Shown: positions 29,362-39,293, counted from the stretch's first letter. The stretch: DNA of 64,000 bases from Nitrospinaceae bacterium (GCA_965223665.1 OZ245011.1:3616001-3680000); one strand, 5' to 3'. Notes: generated by a model not told the origin, from the letters alone. A program made the numbers and translations.

Positions 29362-29949
29362 ATGATATTTATGGAATCAATTCGATCAGTTTGTGTATTT
29401 TGTGCTTCAAGTAATAGTGTGGATACCAGTTTCTTAAAAATGGCGTTTGAATTAGGTCAACGCTTGGCAAAAGATGGTATTCAATTGATTTATGGAGGTG
29501 CATCCATTGGGCTAATGGGAGAAGTTGCAAGAGGAGTTCATAATGAAGGTGGGAGAGTAACGGGAGTTCTACCAGAGTTTTTTAAAGTCAAAGATATTGA
29601 GTATTCTGAGGCAGATGAATTGATTATTACCCGTGATATGCGAGAACGAAAAGCAGTTATGGATTCTCGATCCGATGCATTTATTGTCTTACCGGGTGGA
29701 ATAGGAACTTTGGAAGAAGCTCTGGAAATATTGTCAATGATACAGCTTCGTATAACTGAAAAGCCTCTGGTTTTTATTAATACAAACCGTTTCTATGATT
29801 CTCTGATGGCACACTTTCAAAGCATGGTGGATTTAAAGTTTGCGAAGGAGGAAACCTTGCAGATGTTCGCCATGTGTCAAACACCTAAAGAAGCTATTGA
29901 ATATTTAAAAAATTATCGTCAGACCCACTTTCACAAGAAATGGCTTTAA
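29362..29949 (+). CDS. LOG family nucleotide phosphoribohydrolase (TIGR00730-like)
   Basis: VCVFCASS, YGG..GLMG, MRERK, PGGIGTLEE. Confidence 0.9.
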   Translation: MIFMESIRSVCVFCASSNSVDTSFLKMAFELGQRLAKDGIQLIYGGASIGLMGEVARGVHNEGGRVTGVLPEFFKVKDIEYSEADELIITRDMRERKAVMDSRSDAFIVLPGGIGTLEEALEILSMIQLRITEKPLVFINTNRFYDSLMAHFQSMVDLKFAKEETLQMFAMCQTPKEAIEYLKNYRQTHFHKKWL

Positions 29950-30560
29950 GAGGCAGCCATTTCTTGGGTTTGCACCTTTATCTCTTTTCCAAGGGTATCT
30001 TGTAAAAAAGTTTCAATATATTGAAGTGTTCCTGTGGTAGAACTAGGACAAGTCCCACAAGCTCCCTGATAGTGGATATGGACAATGTTTCCTTCCACTT
30101 TTATCAGAGTTATTCCACCTCCGTCATTAGCTAATGCTGGACGAATGGCATGATCCAATAAAGCATCTATGACTTCCTGCTTTTGTTCATTGTTTAGTGA
30201 GGGAAAATCTTCAACATCCACATTGTCCAAAACATTTGAAACTTTGGAAGCAGCTTTTTGGTCCTCATCGCAGGTTTCATAAAAGGTCATATTTTTTTCA
30301 AGTGTATTTTGAATGGGTTCCATTATGGTGGTCCAAGCAACCACCGGAGATTTCGTAATGGTGACAAAGTTTTCCTTAATAAAAATATTTTCTACACCAA
30401 AAATATTAAATAAACTTTCTGCCAACGGATCTCCTTTGGTGTCTTCAGGAGATTGAAATGTCTTGGTTCCTTTTTTAATGACGTCGGCACTCATAATAAA
30501 TTGTGCCGCTTCCGGATTGGGGGTGTGATGGAAGGTCATTACTTTGAATTCCGATCCCAT
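29946..30560 (-). CDS. NifU/Nfu-type Fe-S cluster carrier
   Basis: TPNP N-terminal domain; IRPALANDGG...YQGACGTCPSS. Confidence 0.9.
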   Translation of the reverse strand: MGSEFKVMTFHHTPNPEAAQFIMSADVIKKGTKTFQSPEDTKGDPLAESLFNIFGVENIFIKENFVTITKSPVVAWTTIMEPIQNTLEKNMTFYETCDEDQKAASKVSNVLDNVDVEDFPSLNNEQKQEVIDALLDHAIRPALANDGGGITLIKVEGNIVHIHYQGACGTCPSSTTGTLQYIETFLQDTLGKEIKVQTQEMAAS

Positions 30561-30642
30561 AACCTGAATCCTTTAAAGATAAATTATTTATATGTACTTT
30601 GAGATATTATACTTTGGTTTTTCCCATATGGGAAATAAAGTC

Positions 30643-31170
30643 TTAATGAGATATTGAATCTAATTGTTTTTTAAAAGTGTTTAATGTTTCTGAGTCATAG
30701 AGAGCAAAGCAAACTTTTTTTAATCGAGTCTCCTCCTGTAGATAGTTGTAGACCTCTGATAACATTATTTTTGCACATTTCTCTACAGGAAAGCCAAAGA
30801 TACCTGTGCTTATTGCCGGGAAAGTGATTGAGCTTAATTGATGTTCTTCTGCCTTACGAAGAGAATTAAAAGTGGCATTTTTTAACTTAATTTCTTCATC
30901 TCCTTCTCCCATCCGGGGTCCCACCGCATGAATAATAAAATGGGCTTTTAAGTTTCCCCCGGTGGTAAGAACGGCTCCCCCTACAGGACAAAACCCTATG
31001 ATATTACATTCCTTTTGAATATCCGGACCTCCTTTATTTTTTATTGCTCCAGCCACCCCTGCTCCCAAAATCAAACTTGAATTGGCTGCATTGACAATGG
31101 CACTGGTTTCACTTTCTGTAATATCCCCTTGAATAAGCTCAATAATAGAATTTCTGATTCTAAGTTTCAT
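30643..31170 (-). CDS. macro-domain (O-acetyl-ADP-ribose deacetylase-like) protein
   Basis: GDIT, AIVNAAN, GAGVAGAI, IHAVGP, FPAISTGIFGFP. Confidence 0.9.
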   Translation of the reverse strand: MKLRIRNSIIELIQGDITESETSAIVNAANSSLILGAGVAGAIKNKGGPDIQKECNIIGFCPVGGAVLTTGGNLKAHFIIHAVGPRMGEGDEEIKLKNATFNSLRKAEEHQLSSITFPAISTGIFGFPVEKCAKIMLSEVYNYLQEETRLKKVCFALYDSETLNTFKKQLDSISH

Positions 31171-31255
31171 AAAACCACTCCCAAACTTAAATATTTTGTA
31201 CAAAATAATTTTTTAGGAGGAACGGATGGTTAGAGGAAGCTGAATGGAAAAGGAA

Positions 31256-31690
31256 TTACTGAGATTGATCCGTGGAGCCGAATCCACTGCCACCTCGAAC
31301 GGTGGTGTTAAGTTCTGTAACAGTCAAAAAGTTCACAGTCTCAATTTTCTGGATTAGGAGTTGGGCTATTCGATCCCCTTTTTGGATAACAAAATCCTCT
31401 TTGGAATGGTTAAAAAGTAAAACCTTAATTTCTCCTCGGTATCCGGAGTCTATGACACCGGCTCCGGTATCAATTCCTTTTTTTACTCCAAGTCCACTCC
31501 GGGGCCAAACCAGTCCTACATGGTTCTCAGGTAACGCTATTCGTATGCCTGTTGGAATTAGTTTTCTTTCACCTGCGAGGATAATTTGGTCAGTGGATGA
31601 CCTTAGATCAGCACCAGCATCACCTGGGTTGGCGTAGGAAGGTAGGTACTCACCTTGAACTGGACATTTTGACAACTGAGATTTATCCAT
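31256..31690 (-). CDS. dut: dUTP diphosphatase
   Basis: AGADL, PRSGL, GVIDSGYRGEI, GDRIAQL, RGGSGFGST. Confidence 0.95.
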   Translation of the reverse strand: MDKSQLSKCPVQGEYLPSYANPGDAGADLRSSTDQIILAGERKLIPTGIRIALPENHVGLVWPRSGLGVKKGIDTGAGVIDSGYRGEIKVLLFNHSKEDFVIQKGDRIAQLLIQKIETVNFLTVTELNTTVRGGSGFGSTDQSQ

Positions 31691-31828
31691 ACGCTCTTTA
31701 AATATAAAAGGCCTTGCTTATACTAACCGAGAGAGCAATAAGAAATTTGTCCTTGGCAAAATAAACTTGGATAAAAATCGAACGTGAGCTATAAATAGTA
31801 CAAGCAAGACCTTTGATAACGAAAGGAT

Positions 31829-32054
31829 GGCGGGTCACTTTTTGGTTTTCCAACCCGTGTTGCTGCAACAACCCGGGAAAAGAGCTTCCACTTAACGCCG
31901 CTTGGAATGAGCTGTTTCGCCGAATAAATACGGGGATTTCGGCCGGCGCTCAATACATTTGGGGATTTGGGAAGGGGCTTTAGTCGCACCCAGAAATCTT
32001 TAAACTCTCTGAGATACAACGTAAGAGCAGAAATCTCTTTCAAAGTAACCCGCC
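31829..32054 (-). ncRNA. putative structured RNA (unassigned)
   Basis: 13-bp terminal helix GGCGGGTTACTTT/AAAGTGACCCGCC enclosing several hairpins; G-U pairs favour the minus strand. Confidence 0.5.
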
Positions 32055-32162
32055 TATGGTGGCAGGTATTAGGGATTATAATATTTAGTTTCGGCATTTA
32101 TGGACTTCCGAAATTGACATATTTACCCTCATCTCCCTACCAATAAATCCTATCAATAGCAA

Positions 32163-32216
32163 ATCCATTATCTTGTGTTACTGGAAAATGATACCACTAT
32201 ATATTGTAGGTGTCAA
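32163..32216 (-). promoter_or_regulatory. sigma-70 promoter overlapped by tandem NrdR boxes
   Basis: TTGACA-N17-TATCAT on the minus strand; boxes ATCCATTATCTTGTGT (32163-32178) and CCACTATATATTGTAG (32194-32209), 31 bp apart. Confidence 0.75.
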
Positions 32217-32313
32217 TTATTTTATCTACAATTCATAATTTTGACGCTAATTCTAATAAAATCAAATAATTATGGAGAGTAGTAATTATGGGGTATCTAA
32301 TTTATGATTGGGA

Positions 32314-32359
32314 ATACAATATATAGGTAAAAACAAAACTGAGTCCCTATATATGGAGA
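32314..32359. promoter_or_regulatory. second pair of NrdR-like boxes
   Basis: ATACAATATATAGGTA and TCCCTATATATGGAGA, 30 bp apart, matching the CwATATATwG core. Confidence 0.45.
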
Positions 32360-32488
32360 TAAAAGGAGAACCCATAGAGAAATCAAAATATTTTGAAGAT
32401 CTTATGGTTTTTTCGGAAAAATGATATTTTTCTTAGAGAATCTCGATTTTAATTGGAGGTAACCTTAGAATATCCAGGTTAAATTGAT

Positions 32489-34249
32489 TTATGATTCTTC
32501 TTTTTCAAAACGGTCTAAACTGGCAGGAATTTCATCCAAAAATCTCTCTGCAATAATATAAATAACATCTGACCCCTGTATTTTTGCAAGATACTGAGGT
32601 TTCCCTTGAAATTGTTTTCCTACCTCAATTTGTCCTATTAGCTTTTCTTTATCAAACAAGGATAACGTAAGCTGACCTTCTCCTAACTCCAAATTCAAAT
32701 CTCTCGATTTGGGAGGAAATTGGTCCTGATATTCTAAATTGTTAATTGTCCAAAGAATATCTTTTCCTATAAATGGAGCAATAGGATCAATTTCTTTCGG
32801 TTTCTTTAAAGCCCAGTCCTTTTTATTTCTTACCAGCTCAAATGTTTTATTGGGATACTTTATCTGAATCCGTGTTACCTGGTTGGTGTCCAATGAGAAA
32901 AGGTTTTTATTTTGAAATTCATCTAAAGACCGAAAAATTTTTTTCTTGGCATCTTTTTCCAAAATAAAAACTGCATTGTCCACACTCCGAGATGCATAAT
33001 AATTATGTTTTTGAGAATCGGCATTTCCTAGAAAAAGAGATTGCCGCTTCCCTTTTTTATCAATAAGAGTTAACTCTTTTCTTGGAGTGTGCAACCCAAA
33101 ATTCTTTAATTCTTCTGCTTTAACGAATTCCTTGATGCGGGTTTCTTTTAAATCGAAAAGTAGGTTATTAACGGTTTCTGAGTCACCTTTTTTTTCTGTG
33201 GGATCAAAAAGTGTCCAGAGTTTTGGATCCTCATTATCTCTTTTTATTTGAATGGTATTTATTCCTTGCCTAATACGAATTTCAACCACCTCGTCCTCTT
33301 GAATATTTATTAGGGATTTATCAAAGTAAGTCACGGGTGGTTTAGATAATGCCTCAATAATTTCTTTATTAACGGTGAAAATATTTGCTGCATGTGTGGT
33401 TTGGGCGTAATAAGTATCTTCTTCATCCTTACCACCAATAATTAATTCCCAGGGTTGATCACTTTTCTCGGATTTTACTGAAAACTTTATTGTTGGAATT
33501 TTTAAGCCGAATGGAGTGATATCTTTTGGCTTTTCATCAACAAACTTTTTAACTCTACTCCGTTTCAAGGTATTGAGTAATTGTTCAATAGAATCTCCAT
33601 CACCTTTTCCAGACAATCCTTTCACTAAAGTCCAACTGTTGTTCTTTTTTTCAAATCTTTGAATTTCATTTTTGTATTTGATTTCGAAAGAAGTAACGTC
33701 TGGTGTCTGGTATTTAAAAATGGACCGGTCCCGAAGATCATTAACTGACTTGTCTAACGCTGATTTTTCCAGGTTTGCGAGCAAGACTCTTGGATTTTCG
33801 GAAAGCTTTACATAATATGAATGGCCAATTGGGCTTGCATCTCCAAGCTCCAGGGTCAAAGGTTTATTGGATTTTAATAATAGTTTGATTTTTAAATCAG
33901 GAGAACTTAGGCCATAGTTTGATAATTTATTAGCTTTCTCTTCTATTACTCTGGAAATTTCGCCGGATTCTAAAGTACCTAATAGTTGATCGATTTGCAT
34001 GGGATCAGCAATTAGTTCCAAAGGTTTTTTTATTTCCCAAAGAAATTCATTTACTTTTTTAACCTTGATAGTTAAATCGTTTTTAATGATTTCAATTCCT
34101 TCGATATCATCATGAGAAAAATTAATGACTTTTTTAGCGAGTATTTTTTCTTGGGTTTTTTTTTCCTCTTTTGGTTTTTCTACATAAAAGGTGTAGAAGG
34201 CTAGAGTGGCACAAACCAAAACCAGAACTATTGTTCCTTTAAATTTCAT
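32489..34249 (-). CDS. DUF4340 repeat protein
   Basis: N-terminal TM; repeated W.......D...V..LL..L / FGL..P modules; last gene of the Gld-like ABC operon. Confidence 0.8.
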   Translation of the reverse strand: MKFKGTIVLVLVCATLAFYTFYVEKPKEEKKTQEKILAKKVINFSHDDIEGIEIIKNDLTIKVKKVNEFLWEIKKPLELIADPMQIDQLLGTLESGEISRVIEEKANKLSNYGLSSPDLKIKLLLKSNKPLTLELGDASPIGHSYYVKLSENPRVLLANLEKSALDKSVNDLRDRSIFKYQTPDVTSFEIKYKNEIQRFEKKNNSWTLVKGLSGKGDGDSIEQLLNTLKRSRVKKFVDEKPKDITPFGLKIPTIKFSVKSEKSDQPWELIIGGKDEEDTYYAQTTHAANIFTVNKEIIEALSKPPVTYFDKSLINIQEDEVVEIRIRQGINTIQIKRDNEDPKLWTLFDPTEKKGDSETVNNLLFDLKETRIKEFVKAEELKNFGLHTPRKELTLIDKKGKRQSLFLGNADSQKHNYYASRSVDNAVFILEKDAKKKIFRSLDEFQNKNLFSLDTNQVTRIQIKYPNKTFELVRNKKDWALKKPKEIDPIAPFIGKDILWTINNLEYQDQFPPKSRDLNLELGEGQLTLSLFDKEKLIGQIEVGKQFQGKPQYLAKIQGSDVIYIIAERFLDEIPASLDRFEKEES

Positions 34250-35841
34250 AGAGAACGTCTTCTCCACCATACACTGACACCCATTAAAGTCACGGCCATT
34301 GGAATTAGAATAGTACCAACGACGAATGCAAGGTTGCCTTGGGTAGCGGTTAGGGCAAGGGGACTATTTTTTCGTTTGCGGGGACGGATAGAAATTAAAT
34401 TTTCTTCTTGCAAAAGCCAGGAAGCCGAATTTAGAAAAAAGTCACCGTTACCAGAAAAACTGAAATAATTATTACTTGCAAAGTCTGAGTCACCAATTAC
34501 TACCAGGTTTGCTTTTAATCCAGCTTTTACTGGTTCATTTTGGTTGGGTGGATGGCTTGATTGATTTGCAATTGAATTTGAGGATTGAGTGCCAGGTTCT
34601 GCTTTTTGCGCATTTAAATTTTTGGTGATTGCAACTGCTACGGAAACAGGGCCCTTAAGATCCACATTAGGATTGTAGCGTGCTTTACCTGAAGAAATAT
34701 CAGTTTCCGCCCAACTCTCCGGTCCCGAAAATAATACTTCACTGGATTCCAATCCTTCAGTAGTAATAGCTTTTACGGATCGAAGTAAAGGAAAGATAGT
34801 GGGTAATGAAAAATCCTTGGTAATTCCATGGGGGCTGTATTGACTAACCACTGGAGCTGCATAGTCACCACCATATAATTTTGACATGGGGTCGATAATC
34901 AAATCGTTTTGTACTTCTACTCCCCATTTTTCCAGAAACGCCGTCCATCCATTATCAACTTGAGGATCTGCAAGTATTAAAACTGAGCCGCCTCCGTTTA
35001 AATAGTGATCAATGGCTTCAAGCTCCAGTTTTTGTATGGGTTTAGTTGGGCCACTGATTACTAATAAATCTGCGTCCTTAGGTACTTCTCCAGTTTTTAA
35101 TAGAAGAAGAGTTTTTATTTGAAAATTATCTTTTTCCAGAGACTCTTTAACCTTAGAGTATCCATTCTTTTCTTTGTCATGTATATTTTTTTCACCATGC
35201 CCTTTAAGGAAGTAGATAACTTTTTGTTGATCCTGCGTAACTTTAAGAAGAGCATTAGTTACATTTTCTTCTGTAGCTTTTGTTACTTTTGTTTCTTGTT
35301 TGCCGCTTTCAAAAACTACAGTTCCATAAGTGGTTACTCCATATTGTTTAGTGATTGCAGGATTTTTATCAGGATCTACAAACTCTAATTTAATTTTCTC
35401 AGTAAAGTTTTTATACCCATCCATCAATCTTTGAAATTCGTTACGAGTCCCATCATCGGTTTGATAAAAAGCGGTAAGCTTGACCTCTCGTGCTAAATTA
35501 GAAACTACCTTTTGGGTTTGAGGAGCCAGCGTATAAAACTTAGTTTCGGTAAGATCAATTCGGTGTTTATGTTTTAAAAATTGAACATTAAGAAAAATCA
35601 AAATTCCTAAAACTGCAAAAATTATTATGGCAGAGTTGGTTCCATAAAGTGTAGTTCGTGATTTTAAGGAGCTTTTTACTTCTTTACGGTCCAAGTATAA
35701 AAAGAACAATCCATTGGCTAAAGCGATTCCTAATAATGTATAAGTCGCCAAAGTTAGTTGGGGAGCAATGAGATACAATAATAACCCGACAAAACCACAA
35801 GCAAGCGCAATCCAACCGGCATAAGGGGCAAATTGTTTCAT
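34246..35841 (-). CDS. GldG-like ABC transporter auxiliary component
   Basis: RIDLTE.K.YTL, FVDPDKNP, YFLKGHGE, VIGDSDF, N.DFFLN. Confidence 0.85.
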   Translation of the reverse strand: MKQFAPYAGWIALACGFVGLLLYLIAPQLTLATYTLLGIALANGLFFLYLDRKEVKSSLKSRTTLYGTNSAIIIFAVLGILIFLNVQFLKHKHRIDLTETKFYTLAPQTQKVVSNLAREVKLTAFYQTDDGTRNEFQRLMDGYKNFTEKIKLEFVDPDKNPAITKQYGVTTYGTVVFESGKQETKVTKATEENVTNALLKVTQDQQKVIYFLKGHGEKNIHDKEKNGYSKVKESLEKDNFQIKTLLLLKTGEVPKDADLLVISGPTKPIQKLELEAIDHYLNGGGSVLILADPQVDNGWTAFLEKWGVEVQNDLIIDPMSKLYGGDYAAPVVSQYSPHGITKDFSLPTIFPLLRSVKAITTEGLESSEVLFSGPESWAETDISSGKARYNPNVDLKGPVSVAVAITKNLNAQKAEPGTQSSNSIANQSSHPPNQNEPVKAGLKANLVVIGDSDFASNNYFSFSGNGDFFLNSASWLLQEENLISIRPRKRKNSPLALTATQGNLAFVVGTILIPMAVTLMGVSVWWRRRSL

Positions 35842-35845
35842 TTAA

Positions 35846-36613
35846 TCACCTCCACCGCCTCGATTCTAAAACCCGATGGGTTAAAAAAAGGCCAAAGAAA
35901 ATAAAAGAAACATAATAGACCAGGTCGCTGGTATCGATGACACCTTTGAGAAATGATTCCAAATGACCAATCAAGGCGAGGTATTGTAAAACTTGGCCTG
36001 CTTCGGGTCCTGCTGCTTGTGCGGCCCATCCTATAATCCACATCAATAGAGCAAATCCAAAACTTATTACAGCTGCAATGATTTGATTATCCGTAAGTGA
36101 AGAGGCGAAAATTCCCATAGAAATATAACATCCACACATAAGAAGTAAGCCGAAGTATCCGGTCAGAATCGGGCCTATTTCCGGTTGACCTAAAGCAACA
36201 ATTAATAAAACAGAATATGCAGATAACAAAAGCATGACCCCCACTACTGCAAGACAAGCTAAAAATTTTCCTAAAATAATTTGTCTTAAATGGACAGGAG
36301 AAGATAACAATAATGGAAGGGTCTTGGTTTTCTTCTCTTCGGCAAAAGTTTTCATAGTAATTATGGGAATAATGAATAACAAAACTACCGCCATATTAGA
36401 AAGAGAAGGCTCGATAACAATTTCATTTACATTTAGACTTATTCCCATTCGTTCCAATTGCGAGGACTGAAAGCTTTGCATACTGAAAAAATTCAAAATG
36501 CTAAAGAACATGAAGCTGAATATTAAAAGAAAAACCGTAGTGACTACATAAAAAATGGGAGAATAAAAATAGGAGCCCATTTCTCTTTTTGTAATCAACC
36601 AAATGGCTCTCAT
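35846..36613 (-). CDS. GldF-like ABC-2 permease
   Basis: YFYSPIFY, ITMKTFAEEKK.KTL.LL, LGKFLA, SSLTDNQIIAA. Confidence 0.9.
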   Translation of the reverse strand: MRAIWLITKREMGSYFYSPIFYVVTTVFLLIFSFMFFSILNFFSMQSFQSSQLERMGISLNVNEIVIEPSLSNMAVVLLFIIPIITMKTFAEEKKTKTLPLLLSSPVHLRQIILGKFLACLAVVGVMLLLSAYSVLLIVALGQPEIGPILTGYFGLLLMCGCYISMGIFASSLTDNQIIAAVISFGFALLMWIIGWAAQAAGPEAGQVLQYLALIGHLESFLKGVIDTSDLVYYVSFIFFGLFLTHRVLESRRWR

Positions 36614-37545
36614 TCGCTGACTCCGGTTTCCTCTGTGGTTAATTTTAAGAAAATATCTTCCAAAGTTAATGCAAGAGGTTTCAGTTCAACCAATCCCCAT
36701 TTATTATCTAAGACGACGCGCGCGACTTCATCCTGTAAAGAGATATTTGGGGCACTTTCTATTAAGAATTGTCCTGAAGTTTCTGAGTGTACCGAAATTA
36801 CTTTTTCTATATTTCGAAGATTTTGTTCAACTTCATTAGAGGGGTTTAAAACTTTCAGCTGCAGTCTCGTATTTTTTTTCAGCGATGCCGTAAGACCCTC
36901 TAGAGTATCCATGGCAGCAATTTCACCCTCATTAATGATAATTACTCTCTCACAGATTTGCGTAACCTCTGGAAGAATATGGGAACTTAAAATAATAGTG
37001 TGGGAGGATGCCAATTCTCGAATCAATTTTCTAATTTCAATAATCTGGATGGGATCCAGCCCAATAGTGGGTTCATCCAAAATTAAAATTTCAGGGTCAT
37101 GGATCATAGCCTGGGCTAACCCTACCCGCTGCTGATATCCTTTGGAAAGACGTCCGATAATTCTTTTGCGGACATCTTCCAGTTTGCATTTTTCTATAAC
37201 TCGACCGACTGCTTGTGAAACTTTTGATTTAGGAACATTTCGAATACCTGCAGAAAACTCTAAAAAATCTTCCACCACCATGTCCTGGTAAAGAGGTGGA
37301 GTTTCAGGAAGATAGCCGATTATCTTTCTGATATTAAGGGATTGATCAAAAATATCGAATCCGCAGACTCGTGCAGTTCCGCTACTGGCAGGCAAAATGC
37401 AGGTGAGAATATTCATTGTGGTGGTTTTACCCGCACCATTTGGGCCTAGAAAGCCAACCACTTCCCCTTTATTTACTTTAAATGTCAGTCCTTTAATAGC
37501 AGACCGGGGCCCGTAGGACTTACTTAATTTCTCAACCTCGATCAT
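36610..37545 (-). CDS. GldA-like ABC transporter ATP-binding protein
   Basis: GPNGAGKTT, LSKGYQQR, ILDEPT.GLDP, SSH. Confidence 0.95.
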   Translation of the reverse strand: MIEVEKLSKSYGPRSAIKGLTFKVNKGEVVGFLGPNGAGKTTTMNILTCILPASSGTARVCGFDIFDQSLNIRKIIGYLPETPPLYQDMVVEDFLEFSAGIRNVPKSKVSQAVGRVIEKCKLEDVRKRIIGRLSKGYQQRVGLAQAMIHDPEILILDEPTIGLDPIQIIEIRKLIRELASSHTIILSSHILPEVTQICERVIIINEGEIAAMDTLEGLTASLKKNTRLQLKVLNPSNEVEQNLRNIEKVISVHSETSGQFLIESAPNISLQDEVARVVLDNKWGLVELKPLALTLEDIFLKLTTEETGVSE

Positions 37546-37666
37546 AGTTTGGAACGTTTAAATAAGGAAGGATATCGATTAATTACCGTATATATAGTTT
37601 TTAACAAAGATCATTTTAACAATAAAAAATTATCATAAACCAAAATGGCTTTCCATTAAAATTTTT

Positions 37667-38719
37667 TTAATTTCTAAAAACATTTTTAATTCTGATTTTT
37701 TTTCCATTTTGCTGTGCTGATTCATATATTGCACAAATAAGCTGGAGTGCTTTAAACCCATCTACACCGGTGGACTGACTTTGCCTCTTATTTTGTATGG
37801 ATTTGACCATGTCTCGAGCTGCCATTTCGAATGGACTTTTATTTTGTTTTACTTTAGGGAATTCTACGCGTTCCAATTCTCGAAAACCGGAAAAGCGTTT
37901 ACTTTTCCGGGTTACATACAATTCCCTTCCCTGATTTCCAATTAATAGCCGTCCTTCGGTTCCCTGGATGTCTAGTTCAAAGTTAAAGTATTTTCGATTG
38001 CCTCCTCCTTCAATAAATCCAGTTGCACCATTTTCAAATTTAATCATTCCTGAAGCAGTTTCTTCAATATACTTTTTGCCATTAGGTCTTTCTTCATTTC
38101 CTATTACCCATTTTGCGGATCCTCCAAAAAATAATAATAAGTCAGTAAGGTGAGTTCCATCATGAAAAAGTCCTCCACCTCCATATTTTTTGACAGGCAA
38201 TTTTGAAGGTTTTCCTGAGAGAGCATTTCCAATAATTGTTTTTACCTCGCCAATTTTTCCTTTTTGGATTATATTTCTGGCTAATAGGTGATATGGCTCC
38301 CATCGGCGCTCATGGTTAATACTTAAAATGATCTTTTTTTGTTTGCAAAGGCTGACCATTTGTTTTGCTTGATCTAAATTTAAGGCAATAGGTTTTTCAC
38401 AAAAGATTCCTTTCACTCCAGCTTTTACCGCAGCCAAAACCATAGAATGATGAAGTTCAGTCCATGTGGCAATACAGATAATGTCTAGAGATTCATTAGC
38501 AAGCATGGAGTTTAAGTTGCCGTAAAGGTGTTTTACATTCCATTGGTCGCCGAAAGCCCTAAGCCTTTCTTGATCAATATCGCAACCAGCAACTAATTTC
38601 ACAGAAGAGACATGAGCAAATCCTCCTGCATGGGTGCAGGGTTTTGCCCTAAGGGGATCTTGCTCTAATAAGCTACCAATACGTCCACAACCCGCAATTC
38701 CGACTTTGAGTTTCTTCAT
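37667..38719 (-). CDS. Gfo/Idh/MocA family oxidoreductase
   Basis: GCGRIG, CEKP, HDGTH. Confidence 0.9.
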   Translation of the reverse strand: MKKLKVGIAGCGRIGSLLEQDPLRAKPCTHAGGFAHVSSVKLVAGCDIDQERLRAFGDQWNVKHLYGNLNSMLANESLDIICIATWTELHHSMVLAAVKAGVKGIFCEKPIALNLDQAKQMVSLCKQKKIILSINHERRWEPYHLLARNIIQKGKIGEVKTIIGNALSGKPSKLPVKKYGGGGLFHDGTHLTDLLLFFGGSAKWVIGNEERPNGKKYIEETASGMIKFENGATGFIEGGGNRKYFNFELDIQGTEGRLLIGNQGRELYVTRKSKRFSGFRELERVEFPKVKQNKSPFEMAARDMVKSIQNKRQSQSTGVDGFKALQLICAIYESAQQNGKKIRIKNVFRN

Positions 38720-38776
38720 ATGATAGGGAAACCCCAGAGAATAAAATTAAAATAAAGTATAGCACTTGAAAAACTT

Positions 38777-38811
38777 AAAAAAAAAGCGCTCCTTGGGAGG
38801 AAGGAGCGCTT
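38777..38811 (-). terminator. intrinsic terminator after flaG
   Basis: AGCGCTCCTT-CCTCCC-AAGGAGCGC followed by T9 on the minus strand. Confidence 0.85.
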
Positions 38812-38869
38812 AGAGCTGATCTTTAATAAGATCTGAGGAAATGGCCAGTTCGAATCATTGTTGGCCAAA

Positions 38870-39253
38870 CTAAATATTTGTGTCTATTGTATTCGAGCGG
38901 TGTTGCCCAATAACTTTTGAAAGTCTTTCTGCATTTTCACCGGGTAATTGACGAATTTCTTTATTGGTATCGATATCAATAACTTTTATGACACCTTTTC
39001 TTGATTGCTGATCAATTTCATAAACTATTTTTTGATTATTAATTCCTGCCTTTTGTTCTGTACGGTAAGTTAACCCCAAGTTGTTTTCCTTGTCGGAGGA
39101 TCGAAGTTCAACAATGTCTTCTTGAAGACTTTGAAGAACACTCTTATTTATATTTTGAGAGTTGAGGTTTTGCGAATCCTCTAACTTTTTAACCGGGAGT
39201 GCTTTGGAAAATATTCCCAGGCTGAGTTTGTCGGGAATATGGGTTGAAAACAT
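38870..39253 (-). CDS. flaG: flagellar protein FlaG
   Basis: VIKVIDIDTNKEIRQLPGE motif; directly downstream of flagellin. Confidence 0.75.
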   Translation of the reverse strand: MFSTHIPDKLSLGIFSKALPVKKLEDSQNLNSQNINKSVLQSLQEDIVELRSSDKENNLGLTYRTEQKAGINNQKIVYEIDQQSRKGVIKVIDIDTNKEIRQLPGENAERLSKVIGQHRSNTIDTNI

Positions 39254-39293
39254 TTCTTAATCTCCTAAATTCAAAATATAAGGTTTAAATAAT

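Noticed and set aside
31829-32054. RNase P RNA, tmRNA, SRP RNA or cobalamin riboswitch
   Set aside because: Diagnostic motifs (GAGGAAAGUCC, tRNA-like ends, the SRP GGAA loop, the B12 box) were not found on either strand
31789-32097. 102-aa ORF as a confident protein-coding gene
   Set aside because: No recognisable domain, no clear RBS at its ATG, and it coincides with extensive RNA-like base pairing; not excluded, but unsupported
32222-32230. DnaA box / replication origin
   Set aside because: Only a single mismatched TTATCTACA, with no box cluster or dnaA context
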